A DNA stretch of 32,000 bases from Candidatus Saccharimonadota bacterium (lineage in GTDB: Archaea > Nanohalarchaeota > Nanosalinia > Nanosalinales > Nanosalinaceae). A program made the position numbers and the translations under genes. The notes under the pieces were generated by a model. That model had not been told where the DNA came from. It saw nothing but the letters and a program-made list of their open reading frames with translations, and searched no databases. The stretch spans positions 1,080,001 through 1,112,000 of the forward strand of contig CP012986.1 in assembly GCA_001761425.1 (NCBI GenBank), read 5' to 3'. Positions 15,486 through 23,881 of this stretch are shown piece by piece; the first letter of the stretch is position 1; each line of letters begins with the position of its first letter.

Positions 15486-16538
15486 GTGAAACAATACATG
15501 AAGATCAGAACGATAATGATAGCAAGCTTCCTGTTCATCGCAGGGTTCACACCAGCACTGACATTTGCAACACAACAGGCAGTAGCAGACACAAACCAGG
15601 AAGCAAAAGACAGGATAGACAGCTCACTAAAAGTGATAGAGAACAGCAAAACAACATTTGACTCATCAGAAAAAATGCTAGAACAACTAAAGACAGTACA
15701 GAGGCAACTGGATAACGGAGAGATCTCAAAAGCAATAGATACTGCAGAAAAACTTTCAGAAAATTACAAAGACTTCCTTGAAGCCAGTAAAGCCCTTGAA
15801 GAACATGTAAATAACTCTGATACTGGGTCAGGCCTCCAGGCAGAACTCGAGACTATAAGAAATGCCAAGGAAGGTATGAGCGAACAGATAAGGTACGTCA
15901 CAAGTGGAGTAAGAACAGGGTCTACACTCTCAACTACTGCAATAAATAACTTTCAGTCAGACTTCCAGAAAGTAGCATCTGCCTCTGCCACAATAAACGC
16001 CGAGATAGTCGAGAGCCAGAGCCAGGAACTTGTAGGCCTGCACGAAAGCCTGGGAGATCTAAGCAATCAGATCGTTGCAATGGGAGGCCTTGTAGTGTTC
16101 ATATCTGTTATCATCGCTCTCGGCGCATCAATCAGGCTCTCAAGGCCTATCAAACAGCTTTCCGAAGAAGCTGAAAAGATCAAACACGAGAACCTCGACG
16201 AGGTAAACCTTTCTAGGATCAATACCAGAGCTGACGAACTAACCGAGTTCAAGGAAGTGCTGAGCGATATGGTACTGGCTCTGAAGGCAGAGTTCAACAG
16301 AGACAGAACGCAGATGAACGACTTGACTCTTGACGTGGTAAGTGAACTTGAGAACGAAGTTCCAAGAGGTACAGCAGAGTCCAGCGTGACTTCCGCATGC
16401 AACAGCATGGAAATCGATCCTATGGAGCTTTCAGAGGATGACATCCCCGAATTAGCGGATAAACTGGAGATATCGATGAGAGGCCTTCAGACTAACGAGG
16501 AAATCTTCGAGAACATACGGAACCTGAACTCCGAGTAA
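15486..16538 (+). CDS. Membrane protein: signal/TM, helical extracytoplasmic domain, TM, HAMP-like linker and a short acidic tail with no recognisable output domain
   Basis: N-terminal IMIASFLFIAGFTPALTFA. Second TM GGLVVFISVIIALGASI is followed directly by RLSRPIKQLSEEAEKIKHENLD...DELTEFKEVLSDMVLAL, a HAMP-like amphipathic pair. Confidence 0.6.
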   Translation: MKQYMKIRTIMIASFLFIAGFTPALTFATQQAVADTNQEAKDRIDSSLKVIENSKTTFDSSEKMLEQLKTVQRQLDNGEISKAIDTAEKLSENYKDFLEASKALEEHVNNSDTGSGLQAELETIRNAKEGMSEQIRYVTSGVRTGSTLSTTAINNFQSDFQKVASASATINAEIVESQSQELVGLHESLGDLSNQIVAMGGLVVFISVIIALGASIRLSRPIKQLSEEAEKIKHENLDEVNLSRINTRADELTEFKEVLSDMVLALKAEFNRDRTQMNDLTLDVVSELENEVPRGTAESSVTSACNSMEIDPMELSEDDIPELADKLEISMRGLQTNEEIFENIRNLNSE

Positions 16539-16545
16539 GACCATG

Positions 16546-16553
16546 TTTAAAAG
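16546..16553 (+). promoter_or_regulatory. TATA-like box (TTTAAAAG) upstream of tRNA-Glu
   Basis: Lies about 31-38 nt upstream of tRNA position 1. This is slightly further than ideal, so a short 5' leader is implied. Confidence 0.35.
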
Positions 16554-16583
16554 TATTAACGCCACCACTCATATCACGGAGTT

Positions 16584-16658
16584 GCGGCAGTAGTGTAGTC
16601 TGGCCAATCATCTCGGCCTTTCGAGCCGAAGACCCGGGTTCAAATCCCGGCCGCCGCA
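16584..16658 (+). tRNA. tRNA-Glu (anticodon TTC at 16620-16622)
   Basis: Hand-folded. GCGGCAG-TA-GTGTAGTCTGGCCAATCAT matches the archaeal tRNA-Glu D region. Anticodon arm TCGGC-CTTTCGA-GCCGA; T arm CCGGG-TTCAAAT-CCCGG; acceptor 3' strand CCGCCGC plus discriminator A. There is one A6-C67 mismatch and no encoded CCA. Confidence 0.88.
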
Positions 16659-16722
16659 TGTTTAGTAAATTTTTCCTGAGTTTTTTATCTTGAGAAAGAT
16701 ACTGCGGAATTAACTGAGGCTT

Positions 16723-17259
16723 TTATTCGGATACGTTTTCTTTTTTCTGGAAGACGCATTTTTCGTCTCCTGCGGCTTTACACTTTGTCTCTGTGAACTG
16801 TCTGTCGCTGGAGTATACTCTCTGGTAGGCTCCTGTAAGCATCCCTGTGAGGAAGTAACAGACTTTTTTCTCTTCGTAGTCTGCTTTCAGGTGTTCTTCG
16901 GCTGTAGGAGAGGATTTGACTGCGATCTGTTCTTCCTCGACGGTCATCTTTGAATAGCCCATGAACTGTAGAAGTGCTAGGAAGTTTGCGAACATATCGT
17001 CCTCTTCTTTTTCATCTATTACCTCGAGAAGTTCTTTGCCGTACTCCTGGCCTGTCTCACGTATTATGCCTCCGGCTGCTCCGGAGTAGAGTTCTGAGAG
17101 AGATTCCATGATGTCGGACATGAAATAATCAGCTCCCATTATGTTGAATCTCTTGCCTTCATAGTTTATTTTCCCGTTTTCATCTCCCTCGAATTTTTCG
17201 GAGACCCTTATCTCCCAGAAATAGTTTTCTTTCAGGTCATTCACTTTTTCAGGATTCAT
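16723..17259 (-). CDS. V4R-domain protein (small-molecule-binding regulatory domain)
   Basis: C-terminal V4R cysteine pattern CYFLTGMLTGAY...FTETKCKAAGDEKCVFQ. I prefer ATG 17259, which is preceded by GAGGTGG on the minus strand, over the track's GTG at 17280. It overlaps the upstream gene by 11 nt. Confidence 0.7.
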   Translation of the reverse strand: MNPEKVNDLKENYFWEIRVSEKFEGDENGKINYEGKRFNIMGADYFMSDIMESLSELYSGAAGGIIRETGQEYGKELLEVIDEKEEDDMFANFLALLQFMGYSKMTVEEEQIAVKSSPTAEEHLKADYEEKKVCYFLTGMLTGAYQRVYSSDRQFTETKCKAAGDEKCVFQKKENVSE

Positions 17260-17869
17260 CGGAAACCACCTCGAAAACACAGTACTCTTTTTCTATAGAT
17301 TCACATCTACATTCCACTTCTTCTCCTTCAACCTCTTTCTCCCAGAAGTAGGATGAAAGGCCTATAAGCACTCCAAGAAGGAATTTACATTCTTTTCTAC
17401 CAGTTGTACCGTAACTGTATGATTCAAACGTGTTGTAGGCCTTTATCCTGATTTTTTCTCCGTCTTCGTATTCTTCTATCTCTGTTCGGCCAAGCCAGCC
17501 GACGAAGGTTCCGTAACCTAGTATCTTCTTTAACTGTGATTCATTGTCTGTTGGCTTGAGAGCTTTTACCCCTCCTACATCGAATCCTGACTTCCAGAGA
17601 AGGCTCAGTATCTCTTTATTGGATGTCTCATTGAACTGGGCATCCATCTTTCCGCCTATATTTTTTCCTGCTCTTTCACCAAACTCCTGTATCCTGCTCT
17701 GGATCACAGGGCCTGCGACGTCTTCCATGTTATGAAAGATTTTGGCAAAGACGTTTGTATCCATGAAGACGAATCTGCGGTTAGCATAACTTCTGACGGC
17801 TTCCTCATCTACATCTAGGTCTATCAAATGAGGTGCCAACCTGTAGAATGCGTTGTACGAATCTCCCAC
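17249..17869 (-). CDS. V4R-domain protein (paralogue of the downstream gene)
   Basis: RRFVFMDTNVFAKIF...EFGERAGKNIG...CKFLLGVLIGLSSYF...VECRCESIEKEYCVFEV follows the V4R layout. Confidence 0.72.
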   Translation of the reverse strand: MGDSYNAFYRLAPHLIDLDVDEEAVRSYANRRFVFMDTNVFAKIFHNMEDVAGPVIQSRIQEFGERAGKNIGGKMDAQFNETSNKEILSLLWKSGFDVGGVKALKPTDNESQLKKILGYGTFVGWLGRTEIEEYEDGEKIRIKAYNTFESYSYGTTGRKECKFLLGVLIGLSSYFWEKEVEGEEVECRCESIEKEYCVFEVVSDES

Positions 17870-17986
17870 ACTTAGTTATTAAGATGCTCTGGCTTATAAA
17901 TTAGTGAGAAATTCAGGCCTCGAAAAAGGCCTTCCATCAGATGATTTTATATGTCGGGAAAACAGAATTGGATTATAGTGTATAAT

Positions 17987-19588
17987 ATGGATATATCTAA
18001 GGCCTTGATGATTTCGACTTTCCTGATCGTTTTCACCGCTGGTGCTTCAGCTATCGGACCGGCGGAGTACGACGGTGATCTACAGGTAAACCTTGAGAGT
18101 GATTCTTTCGCACCGGGAGATGAGGTGAATGGAGATATCTCCGTTGCCAACTCCGATGAAAGGCCTGTAGTGGATGGCTACGTTGTCGTAAACGTTGTGA
18201 GAGGTGAATCACCTTACTATCCATCTCAGAAGTCTGACAGGGACAATGTTTTCCACCAGGAGAAGATTGAAGATATAAATCTGAAGGCTGGCAACAGCAG
18301 AGATCTCGAGTTCAGCTACAGTCTTCCGGAGGATTTGAGGCCTGGAGATTACAGGGTTGAGGCCTATTTCAAGAATGATAGAACCCCTGTAGACGGTCTT
18401 CCTTCGATTTATTCGACACCAAGACATGACTCCTTTACTGTTTCCGGTTCATCTGGAGATTATCCAGGCCTTGATATTTCGAGGACCGAGACATACTTCA
18501 CCGGTGTGGATGAAGCAGTCGGTGACTGGGATCCGGAATCACTTAACTTCAATGATACTAACTGGCCTTCGCTTACAGGCCCTGTAGGTGTTTTAACAAC
18601 AAATTCCATGGATACTGTAGAGGGCGAGGTCGTTATCGACAATCCTTCAGATTCAGGTAAATCCGCGAATCTTGAGGTAGTTGTATGTGAGTGGGACGAT
18701 ACAGCCTGTTCGAACAAGATCGATTCTGTGAGCAAATCTGTACAGGTTCCGGCCTCAGGTACTTCAGTTCCTGTAGAGGTTGAAAATCCTTCGGAACCAG
18801 GTGCTTACGCTGTGAAGATGAACGTCAGTGTTGACGACATGACTCACTCTATTTACAGGAACAGGATTATCAGAGAAGGTAATACTTCCAGGATCAGAAA
18901 ACTTAGCGTCAACAGGCCTTACATAGGGTCAGGAGACCAGCTTTCCGTAGGCCTTGTTGCCGGTGCTTCGCCTGATCATTACAATGATCCTTCAGCGGAA
19001 GGAGTTGATGCACAGGTTACAGTTGAAGCGGACGGTGAGGAGGTCTTCAGCAAGACTAAGGAGATCAATAGATTATCGAATACGAATACTTTCGAACAGC
19101 TTTACTTTAACTCGACAGTAGACGATACTCTCACAACTTATACTGTTTCAGCCGAATTAAGTGCAAACGGAAAGAGTTACGATAGTTATTCATACGAAGT
19201 TGATTACAGCGACTTCAGAAACGAGGTTGAGAACGTAAGCCTGAGAAGCTATGAGTTTACAAATAGTTCTCTTGACGCAGAGATTTGCGGTGAGACGGAT
19301 TCAGGTGCGCCGGCTGCAGGAGAGGTTCAGGCCTTAGTGATGGAGAATGCGACGCTGATGGCTCAGGAAAATAATCTTATTGAGGGCTGTTCGAGTTTCA
19401 AGTTTGAAGATGTAGATTCAGGTAACTACGAGCTTGTAGCGAATCATGGGAGTCAGACAAGATTCAATATCACGCCCGGAGGCCTTGAAGCGGACGAGGA
19501 AGAAGGAGGAGTTCCTTATGTTCCTTTGGTGATGGTAATGGTTTTGCTGGTTATCGCAGCAGTCTTTTACAGAGGTGTTAAAGAATGA
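17987..19588 (+). CDS. Large acidic surface protein: signal peptide, CARDB/Ig-like beta-rich repeats, C-terminal TM anchor
   Basis: Start taken at MDISKALMISTFLIVFTAGASA. The C-terminus is VPYVPLVMVMVLLVIAAVFYRGVKE. Segments such as GDISVANSDERPVVDGYVVVNVV and GEVVIDNPSDSGKSANLEVVV resemble CARDB-type strands. There are many N-x-S/T sequons. Confidence 0.75.
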   Translation: MDISKALMISTFLIVFTAGASAIGPAEYDGDLQVNLESDSFAPGDEVNGDISVANSDERPVVDGYVVVNVVRGESPYYPSQKSDRDNVFHQEKIEDINLKAGNSRDLEFSYSLPEDLRPGDYRVEAYFKNDRTPVDGLPSIYSTPRHDSFTVSGSSGDYPGLDISRTETYFTGVDEAVGDWDPESLNFNDTNWPSLTGPVGVLTTNSMDTVEGEVVIDNPSDSGKSANLEVVVCEWDDTACSNKIDSVSKSVQVPASGTSVPVEVENPSEPGAYAVKMNVSVDDMTHSIYRNRIIREGNTSRIRKLSVNRPYIGSGDQLSVGLVAGASPDHYNDPSAEGVDAQVTVEADGEEVFSKTKEINRLSNTNTFEQLYFNSTVDDTLTTYTVSAELSANGKSYDSYSYEVDYSDFRNEVENVSLRSYEFTNSSLDAEICGETDSGAPAAGEVQALVMENATLMAQENNLIEGCSSFKFEDVDSGNYELVANHGSQTRFNITPGGLEADEEEGGVPYVPLVMVMVLLVIAAVFYRGVKE

Positions 19589-21570
19589 GAAAGAATCTAA
19601 CATTGGTTTTGATAGGTTTAGGTTTAATTGCATCGGTTTCAGGTGCCGAGCCTGTACTGAACAATGAAAGCCCGGAAAATAATTCTGTTATTGACAGGAC
19701 TTACTCGGAACTGCAAAATCAGGATATAACTCTAGGTATAAACGCGACGAACCCTGATGGAGATGTCAATGTTTCTTTCTTCAACGCGACCAGTGACGCT
19801 TTGATCGGTGAAAATACATCTGGAGGCCCTGTGTTCACCCAGTCATGGGATGTAAACGAGTTCAGGGAACATGAGTGGTATGTCAAGGCCTCGGGAGAAA
19901 CAGGAAATAACACTAATACAACCAGTTCAGGGACTTTCAGTTTCGAGGTGAACAACCCTGACTCTACAGGTCCTACGATAACATTTGATTCAACCCCGGA
20001 CGATCCTACCCTGAACAGAGATGTCACCATCGAGGGAAGCCTTGATGAGGATGCTAGAGTAGAATACCGTGTGGACGGAGGTAACTACAACAGTATCGCT
20101 GGAGGCTGGATGCAGAACTTTGACTTCGATGTTGAAGGCCTGAGTAATGGAGAGCATACTGTCACTGTTAGAGCCGAGGACAGATCAGGGAACACAAATA
20201 CTAATTCTATTACCATCAGTGTAGCGGACGGTTCCGAGGTAACGTTTGATGTGAACGTAGATCAGTCTTATCCTCGTTCCGGGATCCCTATCGATCCTGA
20301 CAGTGATCTTTATGAGAGAGAGACTAGTGTAGACTTTGATTTCAGCCTGGAAAGTGGAAGCCAAGACTATGATATCTCTAACAGGTATGAAGACGGTATC
20401 TGTGACTTCAGAGGAGATGATGGCTGGCATCTCGGAAACGATTACTTCTGCGGTTCGGAAGTCCCTGCTAATATTGATATAGGTTCTGGTAGCAAGGATT
20501 ACGAGCTGGTAGCTGAATGGAATTTAAGAGGAGAAAATCACAGGAGAGTTCTGGACTCAAGTTTCTCAATAAGCGATACAGCAACTTGGTATTCCTCAAG
20601 CATGAGTCACGGTGGTAGAGTCGAAGGAGAGGTAAACCTGAATACCGAGTTTGATCGTGACTATGTATCGTACAATGGTCAGAAAGTAACTTGTACCGGT
20701 AGCACCTACGAGGTAAACAACATCCAGGAGGTTACCGCTAGATGCAGCAACGGAGCGACTTCGACCAGTACGCCGCCAGTAGTTGCTTTCGTGAACAGAA
20801 ACGGTGAGAAAGTTACCACGAACAACAACAATATGTTCGGGGACAATGACTGTAAGATTGGTGACGGAGTCACCAGACAGCAGCTTTTCGGAGTCGCAGG
20901 CCTTGATACTGACAACCAAGGTTACAATCCTCAGAACTGTAATATAGGATGGACTCTAGGAGGAGACTCAAGCTTTGAAGCACATACATTCTCCCAGCCG
21001 GGAGTATATAATGTATTTGTCGATTATCCAAATGCAATCTCAAACTCCCCAGACTATATCTGTCCGGCAAGAACAGACAACAATAATCTCTGTGACTCAG
21101 GCTCAATCTCGGGAGATGAATCTGGATGGGACAATGTCGAACATGAATCGGTGAAAGTTGTAAGCACCGATGCTGAAATCACCGAATCCAGCTTCCCCGG
21201 GTCAGTGACTACCGATGTGAACGGAGATACATACATCAGGAGAAGTGATTACAGTGGAGACATTCAGGGAACGATAGAATTTGAGAACACAGGAACAGGT
21301 ATTGTAGAAGTGTCGAACATGAACTTTGACTGTCCTCAAGGAGTTGAATGTGAAGCCGTATCCGATCTATCAAACAATCTTGAAGTAGAGGGAGGAGAAA
21401 CTGTAGAAATTGTCTGGACCGCATCACCTGACGGAAGAACTACAGGAGAGATAAACGTGGAAATACAGTACGATGACATATACGGTCTAAGCTGTGCCAC
21501 GACAGAGCCATACTCTGAAACCTATTATCTAGATGAAGCTGATCCGGAGACTCAGGAGGGGGCGAATTAA
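19585..21570 (+). CDS. Large secreted protein with Ig-like domains and no membrane anchor
   Basis: Signal peptide MRKNLTLVLIGLGLIASVSGA. Ig-like module GPTITFDS...VTIEGSLDEDARVEYRVDGGNYNSI...GEHTVTVRAEDRSGNTN. Dense sequons at the N-terminus. Its start overlaps the upstream stop (ATGA). Confidence 0.8.
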   Translation: MRKNLTLVLIGLGLIASVSGAEPVLNNESPENNSVIDRTYSELQNQDITLGINATNPDGDVNVSFFNATSDALIGENTSGGPVFTQSWDVNEFREHEWYVKASGETGNNTNTTSSGTFSFEVNNPDSTGPTITFDSTPDDPTLNRDVTIEGSLDEDARVEYRVDGGNYNSIAGGWMQNFDFDVEGLSNGEHTVTVRAEDRSGNTNTNSITISVADGSEVTFDVNVDQSYPRSGIPIDPDSDLYERETSVDFDFSLESGSQDYDISNRYEDGICDFRGDDGWHLGNDYFCGSEVPANIDIGSGSKDYELVAEWNLRGENHRRVLDSSFSISDTATWYSSSMSHGGRVEGEVNLNTEFDRDYVSYNGQKVTCTGSTYEVNNIQEVTARCSNGATSTSTPPVVAFVNRNGEKVTTNNNNMFGDNDCKIGDGVTRQQLFGVAGLDTDNQGYNPQNCNIGWTLGGDSSFEAHTFSQPGVYNVFVDYPNAISNSPDYICPARTDNNNLCDSGSISGDESGWDNVEHESVKVVSTDAEITESSFPGSVTTDVNGDTYIRRSDYSGDIQGTIEFENTGTGIVEVSNMNFDCPQGVECEAVSDLSNNLEVEGGETVEIVWTASPDGRTTGEINVEIQYDDIYGLSCATTEPYSETYYLDEADPETQEGAN

Positions 21571-21571
21571 G

Positions 21572-22840
21572 ATGAAGAAGATAGCCATAGCAGTTCTGAC
21601 AGCGGTCCTCCTCATCTCCACAGCATCAGCACAGACTTGGCACAACACAGAACAGCAAACTAATCTTGACGCGGAAGACGATGAATCAGGAGTTGAGGAT
21701 ACATACTACTGCATCGACCAGAGCGATGAATGCGGCCCAAAGGAAGACGGAGAAGAATACAATGAAGGAGAAACAATAGATATCACAGATGAAGGTATAA
21801 ACTACCTCAGATACTTCTCCGAGGACAAGGTAGGGAATGAGGAAGAAACACAGTCAAGAATTTTCAGACTTGACTTCACCAATCCGATCAGTGAAAGCAA
21901 CTACAGCGGCGGATGGTATAACGAACCTGTCACAGTCGAGATCTCATGCAACGATCCAGAGGACCCCGAGCCCTCAGGTTGTGACACAAAGCAGATCTGT
22001 AAGGGGAGCTCATGCACACCGAGAGAAGGAGACACAGCCACATACAACTCGGAGGGCAGACACACCGCCAGATACAACTCCATCGACGTAGCAGGCAATA
22101 ATGAACCGGTAAACGAACAGGAAGTACTACTGGATTTCACATCTCCACAGGTAGCGGTACAGAAGGAGTCAGTGAGTTCTGAGACAATGAACGCTACAGT
22201 GGCATGTACAGATGAGATGTCAGGATGTGACGGATCAAGCCAGAGACTTTACACCTCCGATGAACCAGCTCTGAACTGTCCGACGGACGAAAGCAGATAC
22301 AACGAAGGATCCACCTATCAGGTAAACCAGCATCTCTGGGTATGTGCAGCAGCGAAGGATGAGGCAGGAAACTGGGCCTTCAGCAATCAGCCTGTAGAGT
22401 TCAGCGTAGGAACCCTGACAACAAACCTTGATTACCCTGGAAAACCAGGATCGGTAGTCACAAACATCGACTCCGCGATCCCGATAACACTGGAGATCGG
22501 AAACGAAGAAGAGGATAAGGATAGAACGATAAACATCTCGCTGGAAGGCCCTACACAGTTCGCTGATCAGTCAACCTGGAAAGAGATAGAACTTAACGGA
22601 GTAGAGAACCGGGAGTTCAACTTCATTGCGAGGCCTGAACAGGTCGGAAACACATCAGTCACTGTCAACATGAGGGAGAAGACAGAAGGGTTCACGATAA
22701 CGAAAGAGGTCAAAATGGAAGTGAGAGAAAGCGGTTCAAGAACAAGCAGTGCAGGAAGGGAAACACCTGGTATAGGCCTTTTACAGATAGCAGTACTGAC
22801 AGGTATAGCAGCAACGTACCTGGCCTTCAGAAACTGGTGA
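21572..22840 (+). CDS. Secreted surface protein with three Cys-containing Ig-like repeats and a PGF-CTERM-like tail
   Basis: Start at MKKIAIAVLTAVLLISTASAQ, 1 nt after the upstream TAA stop (21568-21570). The repeats end in FSEDKVGNEE, NSIDVAGNNE and AAKDEAGNWA. The C-terminus is SSAGRETPGIGLLQIAVLTGIAATYLAFRNW. Confidence 0.8.
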   Translation: MKKIAIAVLTAVLLISTASAQTWHNTEQQTNLDAEDDESGVEDTYYCIDQSDECGPKEDGEEYNEGETIDITDEGINYLRYFSEDKVGNEEETQSRIFRLDFTNPISESNYSGGWYNEPVTVEISCNDPEDPEPSGCDTKQICKGSSCTPREGDTATYNSEGRHTARYNSIDVAGNNEPVNEQEVLLDFTSPQVAVQKESVSSETMNATVACTDEMSGCDGSSQRLYTSDEPALNCPTDESRYNEGSTYQVNQHLWVCAAAKDEAGNWAFSNQPVEFSVGTLTTNLDYPGKPGSVVTNIDSAIPITLEIGNEEEDKDRTINISLEGPTQFADQSTWKEIELNGVENREFNFIARPEQVGNTSVTVNMREKTEGFTITKEVKMEVRESGSRTSSAGRETPGIGLLQIAVLTGIAATYLAFRNW

Positions 22841-22860
22841 AAAAAGGGGAAACGGTTGAG

Positions 22861-22886
22861 AGGCCTTTTTCTGTATTTTTCTATTT
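22861..22886 (+). terminator. T-rich tract (AGGCCTTTTTCTGTATTTTTCTATTT) between convergent genes
   Basis: Archaeal terminators are oligo-T tracts. This one starts 21 nt after the 22840 stop. Confidence 0.35.
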
Positions 22887-23480
22887 CAGCGACTCTCTTT
22901 CTCTGTCTCTCTTGTCCAGTGCTACTTCTACGGGTTCGTCTTCGTGTTCCTCGGCTTTCTGTATGATTTCCTGGACTTTCTTGTTTCCTGAGTGTCTTGG
23001 CTGTAGTTCGCCTCTGAATACGTCTTCAAGGTCTTTCCAGTCTTCTCTCTGGATCATTTGCTGGACTTCCTGCTGTTTCAGTGTGTCTACGAGCTGTTCC
23101 TGGTCCATGTCCTGGATTTCTTGCACGAGGCCTTGATCTTCCATCAGTTTTTGCTTTCTCTTCATTGCGATGAGGCCGTCTATGACTCTGAGTGCGTCCA
23201 TTATCTGTGCGTGTTCGTTGTGGTAGATGCTCATCTCGTCTTCTACTGATGCGATCTCTTCTGCCAGTTCTTCTTTGAGCATGTCGTCGTCTGTTTCTTT
23301 GAGGTGCTTGAATTTGGTTCTTCTTCTCTCTGCGAGGCCTTCGTGTTTCTGTCTTTTCAGGTCCAGTTCTGCCTTTAGTTCGGTTCTCTCCTCTTCAAGT
23401 TCATCTTGGTCCATGTCTTCAAGTTTGATCTGGTCGTCAGAAGTGAATTTCGACATTATGTTGCTGAGTACGCTTACCAT
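22881..23480 (-). CDS. Acidic coiled-coil protein; weak resemblance to the ESCRT-III/Snf7-PspA helical superfamily
   Basis: 199 aa predicted almost entirely helical with heptad-like charge patterning. Features: a short hydrophobic N-terminus (MVSVLSNIMSKF), a basic patch (LKRQKHEGLAERRRTKFKHLK) and an acidic C-terminus. The family call is a low-confidence impression. Confidence 0.6.
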   Translation of the reverse strand: MVSVLSNIMSKFTSDDQIKLEDMDQDELEEERTELKAELDLKRQKHEGLAERRRTKFKHLKETDDDMLKEELAEEIASVEDEMSIYHNEHAQIMDALRVIDGLIAMKRKQKLMEDQGLVQEIQDMDQEQLVDTLKQQEVQQMIQREDWKDLEDVFRGELQPRHSGNKKVQEIIQKAEEHEDEPVEVALDKRDRERESLK

Positions 23481-23519
23481 AAAGTTACAGTTGTCAGAGG
23501 CCTTAATTAAAACTCAGGT

Positions 23520-23828
23520 TCAGTGTGTCTGGCTGTAGACTTTCAGCCTGTACTGTAGTTCTTCATGGCATTTTTCGACAGGATCTCCGATATGGAAAAA
23601 CATCCTCATCCAGTTGCCTCCAACCTTGAACTCTATATTCGGAAAGACAGAACCATGGATTATTTTTGTGTCCTCTATCTCTGAGAAATGTACTTTGTCT
23701 ACAAGTTTTTGGTCTGGAAAGTTTTCTTGGATTCGCTTCCAGTCATCTGAATTATTTCTCTTCCTCTCGATATGGGATTCGGTGACCGCTACTTCACCTA
23801 GGTCGGATTCAAAACGTTCGACATCCAT
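23520..23828 (-). CDS. Hypothetical small protein, possibly a PH/GRAM-like beta-sandwich
   Basis: Start taken at MDVERFESDLGEV. It has alternating beta-like segments and a terminal helix (VHFSEIEDTKIIHGSVFPNIEFKVGGNWMRMFFHIGDPVEKCHEELQYRLKVY). Lies 39 nt upstream of the coiled-coil gene on the same strand. Confidence 0.45.
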   Translation of the reverse strand: MDVERFESDLGEVAVTESHIERKRNNSDDWKRIQENFPDQKLVDKVHFSEIEDTKIIHGSVFPNIEFKVGGNWMRMFFHIGDPVEKCHEELQYRLKVYSQTH

Positions 23829-23881
23829 ACAGAACAGTTCAACAGACAGGGATTTAACTCTTCTCAAAGAACGAGGTCTTT

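Noticed and set aside
22837-23538. Ser/Leu/Cys-rich plus-strand ORFs (22837-23136, 23058-23249, 23227-23538)
   Set aside because: They are antisense reading of the GAA/GAG/AAG-rich coiled-coil gene, which produces TTC/CTC/CTT-rich low-complexity ORFs. They are not credible proteins.
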